Shown here in pieces: positions 6,070-16,653 of a stretch of 43,682 nt of DNA; position 1 is the first letter of the stretch, and each line of letters opens with the position of its first letter. Below the pieces are notes generated by a model. It ran no database searches, had not been told where the DNA came from, and worked only from the letters and a program-made list of their open reading frames with translations. The position numbers and the translations under genes were made by a program. Location: positions 1 to 43,682 of the forward strand of contig JBHLJY010000021.1 in assembly GCA_048887225.1 (NCBI GenBank), given 5' to 3'. This DNA comes from Candidatus Hodarchaeota archaeon. GTDB taxonomy: Archaea; Asgardarchaeota; Lokiarchaeia; Sigyniarchaeales; SOKP01.

Positions 6070-6951
6070 ATGTTAGAAAATTCAAAAATAATTATAGATA
6101 TTGATAGTTGTACCAACTGTAAAGCTTGTGTTAATGAATGCCAATATTATCATTTTGATTCCGAGAATTTGCAATTGGACGATAAATTTGAAGAGGGTTG
6201 TGATGAATGCGGGAAATGTGTTGCAGTTTGTCCAGTAAATGCAATCAGATTAAAGGCTCATATTAATCAGAAGCTTAATGATGTTCCTGTTCAGGAGGAA
6301 TTACCATCTTTTGAATCCCTAGCAAAACTTTTTCAAACAAGAAGATCAAGAAGACAATTTAAAAAAGATTCTGTCCCGAAAGATTTAATCGAGAAGATAT
6401 TGAATGTTGCTGGCAGATATTCTGCAACAGGACACAATCAGGAAAATGTATATTTCACTATTATACAAGATCGTGAAATATTAAAAAAATTGTCTGATGA
6501 GTGTACAAGTCAAGCAAAGAATCTTGTAGAGAAATTTGAAGATCCAGAAGGTAGAAAATCACTAGAAACTATGTTTCCTCCAGAATTGATAAAGAAAGTC
6601 GAAGAAGTCATTCCCTCATTCAAACTATCTTTAAAATATATAAGTCAAGGAAAAGAACATTGGCGGTGGGATGCTGAGCTTATTATAATTCATTCTCCCA
6701 AAGATTCAGCAACGTTAATAGAAAATTGTACATTGGCTGCTGGTCAAATTATGCTAGCAGCAGAAACATTAGGTTTAGGAACTTGTTCTTTAGGCTATAT
6801 TACTGCTTTTTTTAATAATTACAGATCAGTTTCTAAGATCGCAAGGATCCCGATAAAACATAGTGTAGGATATTCGTTAGCAATTGGATACCCTAAAGCA
6901 CGTTATTACAGAATCCCAGCAAGGAAGCCTCTCAAGGCAAAATGGCTTTAA
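6070..6951 (+). CDS. Nitroreductase family protein with N-terminal 4Fe-4S ferredoxin domain
   Basis: CTNCKACVNEC and CDECGKCVAVCP motifs; nitroreductase motifs RRSRRQF, SATGHNQ, LAAETLGLGTC and LAIGYP. Confidence 0.92.
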   Translation: MLENSKIIIDIDSCTNCKACVNECQYYHFDSENLQLDDKFEEGCDECGKCVAVCPVNAIRLKAHINQKLNDVPVQEELPSFESLAKLFQTRRSRRQFKKDSVPKDLIEKILNVAGRYSATGHNQENVYFTIIQDREILKKLSDECTSQAKNLVEKFEDPEGRKSLETMFPPELIKKVEEVIPSFKLSLKYISQGKEHWRWDAELIIIHSPKDSATLIENCTLAAGQIMLAAETLGLGTCSLGYITAFFNNYRSVSKIARIPIKHSVGYSLAIGYPKARYYRIPARKPLKAKWL

Positions 6952-6995
6952 ATTTTTTTATATGATTTTAAAAATCGTAAGAGATTATATCTCAT

Positions 6996-7124
6996 ATGAA
7001 GAGGAGATGCAAGAACTGTGGAATGATAAGGTCTGTGAAAGATCTGGTATTATTAGAGGATGGAACTTTTTTATGTTTCGCATGCTGGAACAAATCCATT
7101 AAAGAAAAAGAATCTCAAGATTAG
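6996..7124 (+). CDS. Zinc-finger micro-protein (42 aa, CxxC...CxxC; not in the ORF track)
   Basis: Hand translation: MKRRCKNCGMIRSVKDLVLLEDGTFLCFACWNKSIKEKESQD*. Confidence 0.72.
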   Translation: MKRRCKNCGMIRSVKDLVLLEDGTFLCFACWNKSIKEKESQD

Positions 7125-7173
7125 TCTACTTCTATTTCTAATCTATAAAAATGTATTGCTAAACTACATTAAA

Positions 7174-7401
7174 TTATTCATAAGAGAGAAGATAAGTATA
7201 TTTTACGAGATCAAATCTTTCAATTTTAATTAAATTTTGATCAATATCCTTTTCTGGGCTCACACATGGCATTTTAACTACAATTTTAAAGTCGTCTAGG
7301 TATAAATTATTGTAAAATATCTTTCTCTCTTTATCAAAATCTATAAATTTGCTTGTTGTAAAGCCCTCACTTTTCGATATTGGTGATAACAAAACGGGCA
7401 C
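7174..7401 (-). CDS. Hypothetical protein (75 aa)
   Basis: Non-overlapping ORF with GTG start and protein-like composition; no recognised motif. Confidence 0.4.
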   Translation of the reverse strand: MPVLLSPISKSEGFTTSKFIDFDKERKIFYNNLYLDDFKIVVKMPCVSPEKDIDQNLIKIERFDLVKYTYLLSYE

Positions 7402-7814
7402 CTCGCACTTTTATATTAAACTATATAACTCTTAGCTTTTAAATAAATCCCTTATGTATTATAAGTTATGAATATTGCCGACAAGTATATGGAAGATGGA
7501 TGATTTATTCCCATTTCCATTTATAAATTATTGTAACAAAAATAAAATAATAAATAACCTATTTATATCTTTCGATCTTCTATTTAAAGGACAACGCTCG
7601 CCACCTAACAAGAAATCATTTGAGTAATTCTAGAAAAAGTCGTAAAAATTGTTAAAATTTAAGTTTAAAAACAGAGTTACAGGAAATACTTTCGGAACAC
7701 CTTAGAAAAAAATAAAAATCTAGTATTAAAATAAATAATTTTTAATGATAAATACAATATTAATATTAATTATTTTTGTAAAGATTTAAGATATAATTTC
7801 CTAAAGGATAACCT

Positions 7815-9296
7815 ATGAGCAATATTGAATTTAAGAAGCTGATAAGAGAAAATACTGTTAAAATAGTCTCTACAATTGGACCTGCTTCAAGTTCTAAGCA
7901 AATGCTTAGAAAGCTAATTGGTGCTGGTGTAGATGTGTTTCGCCTAAATTTTTCACATGGAACTCACGATGAAAAAAGAGAATTAGTAAAAAGAATAAGA
8001 GAAGTAGATGATTATGTGGGTATTTTATCTGATATCCAAGGTCCTAAGATAAGGGTTGGACATTTTAAAGAAGACAAGGCTTATAATCTAAATGTTGGGC
8101 AAGATGTTAAAATTTTTGAAAAAAATATCTTAGGTGATCAAGATCAATTTTCAGTTCCTTTACCTGGATTCCTAAATTCAATGAATAAAGGAGATATATT
8201 TTTCATTAATGATGGAATCATAAAAGTTCAAATTAAAAGAAAGGAGAAAGACTACTATATAGGAGAAGTTTTAGCTGGAGGCCTAATAAGTAATAGAAAA
8301 GGAGTTAATATCCCTTATGGAGAATTAAAGCAGAGAGTCCCCACAGAAAAAGATATAAAGGATCTAGAACTTATCGCTGAATTGGACACAGAATATTGTG
8401 CGATATCATTTGTTTCAACACCAGAAGATGTACTTCATGTTAAAAAATTGCTTGAAAATTATGGGAATAGGAAAATAAAACTTATTTCTAAAATCGAGCG
8501 CCCAATAGCATTGGAATATTTTGATGGTATTCTAGATGTTTCTGATGGTATTATGGTAGCCAGGGGCGATTTAGGAGTAGAAATTGATCCAGATCAAGTG
8601 CCCTTATGGCAGAAAAAAATGATTAAAAAAAGTAATAGAGAAGGTAAACCTATTATAGTTGCAACCCAAATGCTTGAATCTATGATAAATGCACCTATTC
8701 CAACGCGAGCTGAAGTTAATGACGTATTTAATGCCGTAATAGATGGAACAGATGCTGTTATGCTCTCTGCTGAAACTGCAGTAGGCAAATATCCCACAGA
8801 TGCAGTTCAATATATGAATAGAATAGCATTTACTGCAAAAGAAAAAATGCCAGCAAGGATTCCTGATGATTATGACTCTGATAGATTGACTCATACCCAA
8901 GTAATTGGACACGCAATTCACGCATTAGCATCAGAAATGGAAGAGCTAAATTTTAGAGGAAAAATATTAGTTATTACACGTGGTGGAATTGGCGCAAAGA
9001 TGATATCTAAATATAGACCTCCACTACCCATCATAGCAATTACACCTCATAAAAGAACTGCAAGAGAGTTAAATTTACTCTGGGGGGTACAACCAGTTCA
9101 TATAGATAAAGTCGATTTTTATAAACTGGATGCTGAAGATATTATTGAGAAATCAGTTCAATTAGCTGTTGAAAAAGGTGCTCTTGATGAAAATGAACAT
9201 GTTATTATTTTAGTCGTTTCTAGAAAATTTGAGAGGAGAGGGAATCTCATAGGATTTTATTATGTGGGAGAAATTTTAGAGAGAATTTCCCAATAA
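7815..9296 (+). CDS. pyk: Pyruvate kinase
   Basis: Motifs KIVSTIGPAS, RLNFSHG, DIQGPKIR, KIE, MVARGDLGVE, ATQMLESM, PTRAEVNDV and MLSAETAVGKYP. Confidence 0.98.
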   Translation: MSNIEFKKLIRENTVKIVSTIGPASSSKQMLRKLIGAGVDVFRLNFSHGTHDEKRELVKRIREVDDYVGILSDIQGPKIRVGHFKEDKAYNLNVGQDVKIFEKNILGDQDQFSVPLPGFLNSMNKGDIFFINDGIIKVQIKRKEKDYYIGEVLAGGLISNRKGVNIPYGELKQRVPTEKDIKDLELIAELDTEYCAISFVSTPEDVLHVKKLLENYGNRKIKLISKIERPIALEYFDGILDVSDGIMVARGDLGVEIDPDQVPLWQKKMIKKSNREGKPIIVATQMLESMINAPIPTRAEVNDVFNAVIDGTDAVMLSAETAVGKYPTDAVQYMNRIAFTAKEKMPARIPDDYDSDRLTHTQVIGHAIHALASEMEELNFRGKILVITRGGIGAKMISKYRPPLPIIAITPHKRTARELNLLWGVQPVHIDKVDFYKLDAEDIIEKSVQLAVEKGALDENEHVIILVVSRKFERRGNLIGFYYVGEILERISQ

Positions 9297-9431
9297 TATC
9301 CACATTTTTTTTATTTCAAAAACTCTTTATTAGATTCTTTCATTCGGGAAATATCAATTTTATAAATAAAGAAACCGAATTAAAAATATTGTAATTATTT
9401 AATATTTTCAAAAAATAAAATTGATCAAGAA

Positions 9432-10775
9432 ATGGAATCAGAAGGAAAGTCTTCGAAAGGAAAATTTTTAGTTTATGGAAGCCCTCGATTAAGCGCTGGA
9501 ATCGTTTTAGATATTATAGATTTCGGGATCTTCTTTCTTTATATTACAGCATACGGACTTCATCCATTATTGCAAGGTATCGCCATGGCAGTTGGTAAAC
9601 TAAGCATAGCAGCGGGGCAATTTTTCATGGGATGGCTATCTGATAGTACAAAAACTAAATATGGACGGAGAAAGCCTTTCATAATATTCTATGCACCATT
9701 AACAGGAGTAGCTTTTACATGTGCACTCTTACCAATGGTATTTCTTCAAAATCCTGGGTATCTTCTTTTGTTTATATGGATTTTAATTTGGGATGGCGTT
9801 TTTCAATTTTCCTACGGTGGTTTAACAACCCCTTATCAATCCTGGGTAGCTGAACAATTCGTTGTTAATGAAAGACCTAAAGCTTCTGCTTTTCAAAATT
9901 TGTTTAGTTTCATCGGAGCAGGTATCGGTATAGTATTCACGTTACTTGTGTTTCCGCCTTTAGTTGAGTCATTTCAAAAAACCAATACAGTTGACTTGTC
10001 ATTTATAATTATAATATTTGCATTTGCATTGTTAGTAATCGCTCTTTTTTATATTTGTGCTTATATTCTGCCAGTAGAGACAACTGAAGGCGCCCAAATG
10101 AGCTTTATTGAAGATCTGAAGAAAGTATTTAAAGACAGAAATTTCATGAATGTGTGTTGGCTCCAAGCCATTGCTTTTTTGGCAATTGGAATGATAACAC
10201 CAACACTATTAGGCTTTGCAACAATTGTATTGAAATTAGAAGGTATAACCTTATATCTTGCAGCGGTATGTTTGTTAGTAGGAATTATGGTGTTTCTTTT
10301 TATGTGGAAAAAGCTTATTGATAAGAGAGGTAAAAAATCGACTTTTTCGATTATACTAATAACAGGTTTCATAGTGTTGCCATTCACTTTAATAGGTCTC
10401 TTGCCGGGTGAAATAAACTTTTTAGTTGCGATAATTTTTGTTTTAGCAATCGCGGCTTTCATGGGAGGGTGGTATTTATTTCCATATATTTGGTTCGCAG
10501 ATTTAGCTGAAGATGCAGAAGTGAAATCGGGAGAAACAGGGAGAAAAGCTGGATTATATGCAGGTTTTCCACAAATATTACTAAATATTTTTCAAGCAAT
10601 TGCGTTATTTATTACTGGATTTATATTGGGGTTACCTAATGTTCCAGGAAAAGAATTTTCTTGGGGTTATATCCTTTGGGGTCTATGGTGTTCTGGAATT
10701 ATATTGATTGCTTATCTATTTACGAAAAAATTTATTATATTAGATTTTGACTGGGAGAAAGAGCAGGGCATATAA
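9432..10775 (+). CDS. MFS transporter, GPH (melibiose/pentoside:cation symporter-like) family
   Basis: About 12 TM segments; GWLSDSTKTKYGRRKPFI signature. Confidence 0.88.
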   Translation: MESEGKSSKGKFLVYGSPRLSAGIVLDIIDFGIFFLYITAYGLHPLLQGIAMAVGKLSIAAGQFFMGWLSDSTKTKYGRRKPFIIFYAPLTGVAFTCALLPMVFLQNPGYLLLFIWILIWDGVFQFSYGGLTTPYQSWVAEQFVVNERPKASAFQNLFSFIGAGIGIVFTLLVFPPLVESFQKTNTVDLSFIIIIFAFALLVIALFYICAYILPVETTEGAQMSFIEDLKKVFKDRNFMNVCWLQAIAFLAIGMITPTLLGFATIVLKLEGITLYLAAVCLLVGIMVFLFMWKKLIDKRGKKSTFSIILITGFIVLPFTLIGLLPGEINFLVAIIFVLAIAAFMGGWYLFPYIWFADLAEDAEVKSGETGRKAGLYAGFPQILLNIFQAIALFITGFILGLPNVPGKEFSWGYILWGLWCSGIILIAYLFTKKFIILDFDWEKEQGI

Positions 10776-11090
10776 ATATAAAAAATTTTTTTTTATTCTC
10801 TTTTCATTGGTAAATTAAAAATTAAAACATAATTAGAAACTTATTTTTCAAACTAAATTAATAATAAAAAATAATTTTTATCTTCCCATTTTTTAATTTT
10901 TATAGTTTTAGAGCTTGAAATCCTTATTTTTTAACTATCGAAACATTTATATATGGTAAATCACCTTTTGTAATATGATGATATGTAAAGAGTCAGTTGA
11001 CAAAGAAAAATTTACTGATAGAAAAATGAGGTTTTTAATGAACAAAAATCAAAAAACTGAAATAAAAACAATTAAAAAAATGAGGGAGAT

Positions 11091-11798
11091 GTGAAAATTA
11101 CATTGTTTGAAGATTATTTTGATAAATTTATTAATGAACGTGGTTTTAACAGAGGATCATTTAACAAAATCTCCGTATCAAAAGAAGAATACGATAGACT
11201 TCTGGATTTAGCAGAGAAATATGAATTGCTTGCCACCGAACACAAACAAATCAAGTCAAGGAACGATGCTTTGCTTAAGGAACTTGACGATTTAAAAGAA
11301 GATGCTCGGAAATTTAAAGAATTAGAAGAAGAAAAGGAGAAATTCCTTAATTCGCTTCTGAGAGTACGGGCAGATTTCGAAAATTACAAAAAAATGTCTG
11401 AGCGTGAGAACCATAGATATAAATCGTATGTTAAGGAAAATATTCTCAAAAAATTAGTTCAGCATCACGATGATCTAATAAGGGCATTAAATATGTTGGA
11501 GATAATTGAGAATGGAGAATCTATTAAGAAAGGATTTGAGTTGTTAATAAAAAATTTTGAAAAACTACTTAAGGAAGAGGGCGTGGAAGCGTTGAATTGC
11601 GAAGGAGAAAAATTTGATCCATACAAGCATGAAGCGCTGATGACAGAAGAACGTAATGATCTCCCTGAAAACACAATAATAGAAGAATTAGATAAAGGTT
11701 ATTATTTAAATAACAAGATTCTAAGACCTGCAAAGGTCAAAATTTCAAAAAAACCAAAATCAAATTTAGAAAATTTAAATGAAAAAAAAATTGAATAA
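11091..11798 (+). CDS. grpE: Nucleotide exchange factor GrpE with extended N-terminal coiled coil
   Basis: LLRVRADFENYKK, FDPYKHEA, KGYYLNNKILRPAKVKISK; lies upstream of dnaK. Confidence 0.95.
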   Translation: MKITLFEDYFDKFINERGFNRGSFNKISVSKEEYDRLLDLAEKYELLATEHKQIKSRNDALLKELDDLKEDARKFKELEEEKEKFLNSLLRVRADFENYKKMSERENHRYKSYVKENILKKLVQHHDDLIRALNMLEIIENGESIKKGFELLIKNFEKLLKEEGVEALNCEGEKFDPYKHEALMTEERNDLPENTIIEELDKGYYLNNKILRPAKVKISKKPKSNLENLNEKKIE

Positions 11799-11826
11799 CC
11801 AAATTAAAAAAAAGGAGTGAAGAAAA

Positions 11827-13737
11827 ATGGGAAAAATAATCGGTATTGATTTAGGAACTTCAAACTCAGCAGCTGCAGTATTAATAGGCGGAAAACCTAC
11901 AATTATTCCAAGTGCTGAAGGAGTTACATTAGGAGGGAAGGCCTTTCCTTCGGTCGTGGCTTTTACTAAAGATGGACAGAGATTAATTGGAGAGCCTGCT
12001 AGGAGACAAGCAGTATCAAATCCAGATCGAACTATTACGGCGATTAAGAGGAAAATGGGGACATCTTATAAAGTTAATGTTGAAGGGAAAGATTATACTC
12101 CTCAAGAGATTTCTGCTATGATTCTAAGAAAAATCAAAGAAGATGCTAGTGCATATTTAGGCGAAGAAGTTACTGATGCAATAATCACTGTACCTGCATA
12201 TTTTAACGATAATCAAAGACAAGCCACAAAAGACGCAGGAAAAATCGCTGGTCTAAACGTAAGGCGATTAATCAACGAACCAACAGCTGCGGCCGTAGCT
12301 TATGGTTTAGATAAAGATGATGTTCAATTAAAAATTGCTGTGTTAGATCTTGGTGGAGGTACTTTTGATGTCACAATTATGGAGATGGCAAATAAAGTTT
12401 TTGAGGTGATTTCTACTGCCGGAGATACACAATTAGGGGGTACAGATATGGATAAAATCCTTGTTGATTATATAGTTTCAGAATTTCAGAAAGATCAAGG
12501 TGTTGATTTAAAAGGTGATTCCATGGCAGTGCAACGTGTCAGAGAAGCCGCTGAAAAAGCAAAGATAGAATTATCGACTTCAATTACAACAGATATTAAC
12601 CTACCTTATATAACAGCAACTAGCGACGGACCTAAGCATCTTAACTTGACTCTCACAAGAGCTAAATTGGAACAATTGATTGAACCTGTTTTAAAGAGAA
12701 TAGATGCTCCTATCCTAAAAGCTCTAAGGGATGCGGGTATGGCAAGAGGAGAGGTTGATAAGATTATTTTAGTTGGCGGACCTACAAGAATGCCTATTAT
12801 TCAAAAGAAATTCGAGGATTTATTAGGAAAAGTTCCTGAACGTAGCATTGACCCAATGGAATGTGTTGCTATGGGCGCTTCAATACAAGGTGGTGTTTTA
12901 ACTGGTGAAGTCAAAGATTTGCTATTACTAGATGTCACACCATTGTCATTAGGAGTCGAGACATTAGGCGGTGTATTTACTAAATTAATCGAAAGAAATA
13001 CTACAATTCCTACTGCAAAAACGGAGGTTTTCTCAACAGCCGCAGATAATCAACCCGCAGTCGAGATTCACGTATTACAAGGAGAAAGACCAAGAGCTGG
13101 CGACAATATAACGCTAGGAAAATTTCATTTAACTGGAATTCCACCAGCACCAAGAGGAGTACCTCAAATCGAAGTGTCATTTGATATTGACCAAAATGGT
13201 ATATTAAACGTATCTGCAAAAGATAAAGGAACTGGACGAAGTCAGTCAATTACTATTACCGCATCCACAAAGATGGCTGATCATGAGATTGAGCAAAAAG
13301 TACGTGAAGCGGAGATGCATGCTGAAGAAGATAAAAGATTTAAGGAGTTAACCGACGCAAAAAATCAAGGTGAAGCTTTGATCTATCAAACTGAAAAATT
13401 ACTTAAGGAAAATGAAGCTATAATCGGTGATTTAAAAGATAGAATCTTACAAAAAATATCAGATCTTAGAGGGGCTATGGAAAGTGATGATGTAAGCAGA
13501 ATAAATAATGCTATGGAAGAATTACAACAATCCTTACATGAAGTTTCAGCTCGAATGTATGGACAACAACAACCTGGACAAGGCGCTTATACTGGAGGAT
13601 ACCAAGGAGCCCCACCTGGAGGAATGGGTGATACTACATATACCAATCAAGGCAAAACTCAAGATGAAATCGAAGAGGAACAATTCCGAAGAGCTACTGG
13701 TCAGGACGATAATGTTGTAGATGCCGAGTATGAGTAA
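11827..13737 (+). CDS. dnaK: Chaperone DnaK (Hsp70)
   Basis: [49 protein letters not shown]-terminal VVDAEYE. Confidence 0.99.
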   Translation: MGKIIGIDLGTSNSAAAVLIGGKPTIIPSAEGVTLGGKAFPSVVAFTKDGQRLIGEPARRQAVSNPDRTITAIKRKMGTSYKVNVEGKDYTPQEISAMILRKIKEDASAYLGEEVTDAIITVPAYFNDNQRQATKDAGKIAGLNVRRLINEPTAAAVAYGLDKDDVQLKIAVLDLGGGTFDVTIMEMANKVFEVISTAGDTQLGGTDMDKILVDYIVSEFQKDQGVDLKGDSMAVQRVREAAEKAKIELSTSITTDINLPYITATSDGPKHLNLTLTRAKLEQLIEPVLKRIDAPILKALRDAGMARGEVDKIILVGGPTRMPIIQKKFEDLLGKVPERSIDPMECVAMGASIQGGVLTGEVKDLLLLDVTPLSLGVETLGGVFTKLIERNTTIPTAKTEVFSTAADNQPAVEIHVLQGERPRAGDNITLGKFHLTGIPPAPRGVPQIEVSFDIDQNGILNVSAKDKGTGRSQSITITASTKMADHEIEQKVREAEMHAEEDKRFKELTDAKNQGEALIYQTEKLLKENEAIIGDLKDRILQKISDLRGAMESDDVSRINNAMEELQQSLHEVSARMYGQQQPGQGAYTGGYQGAPPGGMGDTTYTNQGKTQDEIEEEQFRRATGQDDNVVDAEYE

Positions 13738-13812
13738 TTCTAATTTTTATTTAAATTATTTTATTTTTTTAATTTTTTAGAAATCCTGATTAATAAAAAG
13801 GGGTTGTAAAAT

Positions 13813-14823
13813 ATGGCAAAAGATTATTATAAGATTTTAGGCGTTGATAAGAATGCTTCAAAGGAAGAAATCAAAAGAGCATTTCGTAAAATGGCTCGAA
13901 AATACCATCCAGATGTAAATCCAGACGAGCCTAAGTCTGGGGAAAAATTTAAGGAGGTTAATGAAGCTTATTCTATTTTAAGTGATGATAAAAAACGAGA
14001 AATGTTTGATAAGTTTGGTGTGGTAGATGGAGATCCATCTGCATATCAGCAATGGAGTGGAGGATTTCCAGGGGGTGGAAAAACGTATCGTTCGCCAGAT
14101 GGAACAACCTATTATTATTCAACCTCAGGAGCACCTAGTGGATTTGACTTTAGTGAAATTTTTGGTAGTCATAACAAATCTCGTAGCGGATCTGGTGGAT
14201 TTGATTTTTTTAACGATTTAGGAGATATATTTGATGTATTTTCAAATAGAGGAGGAAGTACGAGAGCAAGATCAAGTCCTTTTAGAAATATACCAAGAGA
14301 AGGAGATGATTTACGCTATGATATGGAAATTGACTTTATGGATGCTTTTTATGGAGCAGAAAAAAGGATTCAATATAGAGATCCTATTAGTGGTCAAACT
14401 CAAAAATTAAAGGTGAAAATCCCAAGAGGAATCAAAGATGATCAAAAATTACGTCTTAAAGGAAAAGGGATGCCCGGAGAAAACGGAGGGACCCCAGGGG
14501 ATTTATATATTTCAGTTCATGTGAAAAAGCATCCCATATTTGAGAGGAGTGATGATGATTTATATGTAGTTCAAGAAGTTCCTTTTACCACCGCAGCGCT
14601 TGGAGGTAAAATTGTGGTACCAGGTATAGAAAAAACTTTAAATGTTACAGTGCCAAAAGGAACGAATGACTCTTCAGTTTTAAGATTAAAAGATCAAGGA
14701 TTTTATAAAATAAATTCCAATCAAAGAGGCAACCTTTTGATTGAAATTAAAATTAAAGTACCTAACAAATTGAATAAGACTCAAAAAGAATTATTGGATA
14801 AATTAAAACAAACTGGTTTATAG
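13813..14823 (+). CDS. dnaJ: DnaJ chaperone, class B (J domain, G/F region and C-terminal domain; no Zn finger)
   Basis: KDYYKILGV...YHPDVN J domain, G/F-rich linker, GDLYI; no CxxCxGxG repeats. Confidence 0.92.
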   Translation: MAKDYYKILGVDKNASKEEIKRAFRKMARKYHPDVNPDEPKSGEKFKEVNEAYSILSDDKKREMFDKFGVVDGDPSAYQQWSGGFPGGGKTYRSPDGTTYYYSTSGAPSGFDFSEIFGSHNKSRSGSGGFDFFNDLGDIFDVFSNRGGSTRARSSPFRNIPREGDDLRYDMEIDFMDAFYGAEKRIQYRDPISGQTQKLKVKIPRGIKDDQKLRLKGKGMPGENGGTPGDLYISVHVKKHPIFERSDDDLYVVQEVPFTTAALGGKIVVPGIEKTLNVTVPKGTNDSSVLRLKDQGFYKINSNQRGNLLIEIKIKVPNKLNKTQKELLDKLKQTGL

Positions 14824-14839
14824 GAGTGTTATAGAAGAA

Positions 14840-15721
14840 GTGATTTCTAAAAAAATAAAGCAAATTAATTTATGTCCAGAATGTGGAGGTACAATTATAT
14901 CTATTCATGAGTCGGGAGACATTGTTTGTAGCCAATGTGGTTTAGTTTTAGATGAACGGTCAATAGATTTCTCCCATAATGGTCGGAGAGCTTTTACTTC
15001 ACAGGAAAAAAAACAGAGAGATAGAACTGGTTCACCAATCTCAAGATTAGTGCCCGATTTAGGATTAACTACAGTTATAAATAAAAATAATATTAATAAT
15101 CCAGATTTAAAAAGAGCTGCTAAATGGAACACTCGAATATCGTGGGAAAAAAGAAACTTATTAATCGCCACTACTGAATTAAAGAGAATTTGTAGTAACT
15201 TAAACTTACCTGATTATATTAAAGAAGAAGCTATGCATCTTTATAAACGAGCTTTTGAAAAAAAATTACTCAAGGGTAGATCCATTAATGGAATGGTCGC
15301 CGCATGTATATATTTTTCTATAAGAACGAAGAAGCTTCCAAGAACGCTCCAAGAAGTTATAGGTGAAGCTTCAGTAGAAGCTAAGGAAGTAAGAAGATGT
15401 TATAGCGCTTTAATAAGAGAATTAAAATTAAAAGTCCCAAACACAGATCCAAGTGCTCTTGTACCCAAATTTATCGTAGAGATGGGATTAGATGCAGAGA
15501 TAGAAAGATTAACAGTGAATTTTTTAGAAACCTTTAAATCAAAATTATCTACCAGCGGAAAAGATCCAAAAGGAATTGTTGCTGGAGCTCTTTATTTAGC
15601 TTGTAAGATTAAAGAAAAAAAATTGACACAAAGTCAAATTGCTGAAATTGTTGGGGTTACAGAGGTAACACTTCGCTCAAGATATAGAGAACTCGTTAAA
15701 AAATTAAAAATTAAGATATAA
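14840..15721 (+). CDS. tfb: Transcription initiation factor IIB (TFB)
   Basis: Zn ribbon CPECG...CSQCGLV; two cyclin repeats (KGRSINGMVAACIY, GKDPKGIVAGALY); HTH TQSQIAEIVGVTEVTLRSRYREL. Confidence 0.96.
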   Translation: MISKKIKQINLCPECGGTIISIHESGDIVCSQCGLVLDERSIDFSHNGRRAFTSQEKKQRDRTGSPISRLVPDLGLTTVINKNNINNPDLKRAAKWNTRISWEKRNLLIATTELKRICSNLNLPDYIKEEAMHLYKRAFEKKLLKGRSINGMVAACIYFSIRTKKLPRTLQEVIGEASVEAKEVRRCYSALIRELKLKVPNTDPSALVPKFIVEMGLDAEIERLTVNFLETFKSKLSTSGKDPKGIVAGALYLACKIKEKKLTQSQIAEIVGVTEVTLRSRYRELVKKLKIKI

Positions 15722-15747
15722 ATTTCTTTTTTCTTTATTAGCTAATT

Positions 15748-16578
15748 TTATCCGAGATATTTTTTTAAAAAATTCCATATAACTTTATTTACTTTCTCTG
15801 GTTCTTCAATTGTGAAGCCATGCTTCAAATTTTCGAAGATTTTTAATTCTGAGTTAGAAATTTTTTTGTGTAATAGTTTAGACGCTTCTGGCGGTGTATT
15901 AACATCCTTAGAACCTACTGTGATTAATGTAGGTTGCGTAATTTTATGCAATGAATCACGGATATCAAAATTTGCTAATGCTTTAAATTGATTAATATAA
16001 TCTTTCAATTGAGGTGGATCCTCTGTATACACAATAAAATTCATATTTTTTTTGATACGTTCAAATAATTCATTATCTCTCCTCAATTTTCTTTTAAAAG
16101 TATTTGTATAGATGAGACGAACAACAAATTGGAGTTTTTCATCAAAACTCATCTTATCAAAATTGTTGTAAACTTCAATGGTTTGATTTAATTCAATTGG
16201 TTCGACATATGCCTCTGTTGCTAATAAAATTAAAGTTTTGACTCTCTCGGGATATTTTAGAACAAATTTTAGGGCAATCATTCCACCCATGCTTATTCCG
16301 CAGAGATGAACTTTTTGTTGAATATTCAAATGATCAAGAAGGTTTATAGTATCCTCAACATACATATCCATTGTGTATGGATAATCCGGTCGAGAGCTTT
16401 TTCCCGCACCTCGATTATCAAAAGCGATAACAGTCATTTTTTCTTTGAAAAATTCAATCTGATAATTCCAAGCTTCTAATTTTGTATTGGTACCGTGAAT
16501 TAAGACGAGAAATTCACCCTTCCCTACTTTTATATAATTTATTTCAATGTCATTATGCTTAAATATAGGGATTTTCAA
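15748..16578 (-). CDS. Alpha/beta fold hydrolase (enol-lactonase-like)
   Basis: LIHG, FDNRGAGKS, nucleophile elbow GISMGG, Asp in GSKD, His in KHG. Confidence 0.9.
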   Translation of the reverse strand: MKIPIFKHNDIEINYIKVGKGEFLVLIHGTNTKLEAWNYQIEFFKEKMTVIAFDNRGAGKSSRPDYPYTMDMYVEDTINLLDHLNIQQKVHLCGISMGGMIALKFVLKYPERVKTLILLATEAYVEPIELNQTIEVYNNFDKMSFDEKLQFVVRLIYTNTFKRKLRRDNELFERIKKNMNFIVYTEDPPQLKDYINQFKALANFDIRDSLHKITQPTLITVGSKDVNTPPEASKLLHKKISNSELKIFENLKHGFTIEEPEKVNKVIWNFLKKYLG

Positions 16579-16653
16579 CCACCAAATTCACATTTTTCTA
16601 ACTTTAATTATAATTTTATAACTTTTTTATATTTTGAGGATTAAATTATTTTT

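Noticed and set aside
6884-7102. Track ORF of 72 aa
   Set aside because: It overlaps the nitroreductase 3' end, and another frame (6996-7124) gives a convincing zinc-finger protein.
7489-7520. Hairpin ATGGAAGATGG...CCATTTCCAT in the intergenic region before pyk
   Set aside because: Single bulged 10-bp stem with no SECIS core geometry, no second copy and no functional context.
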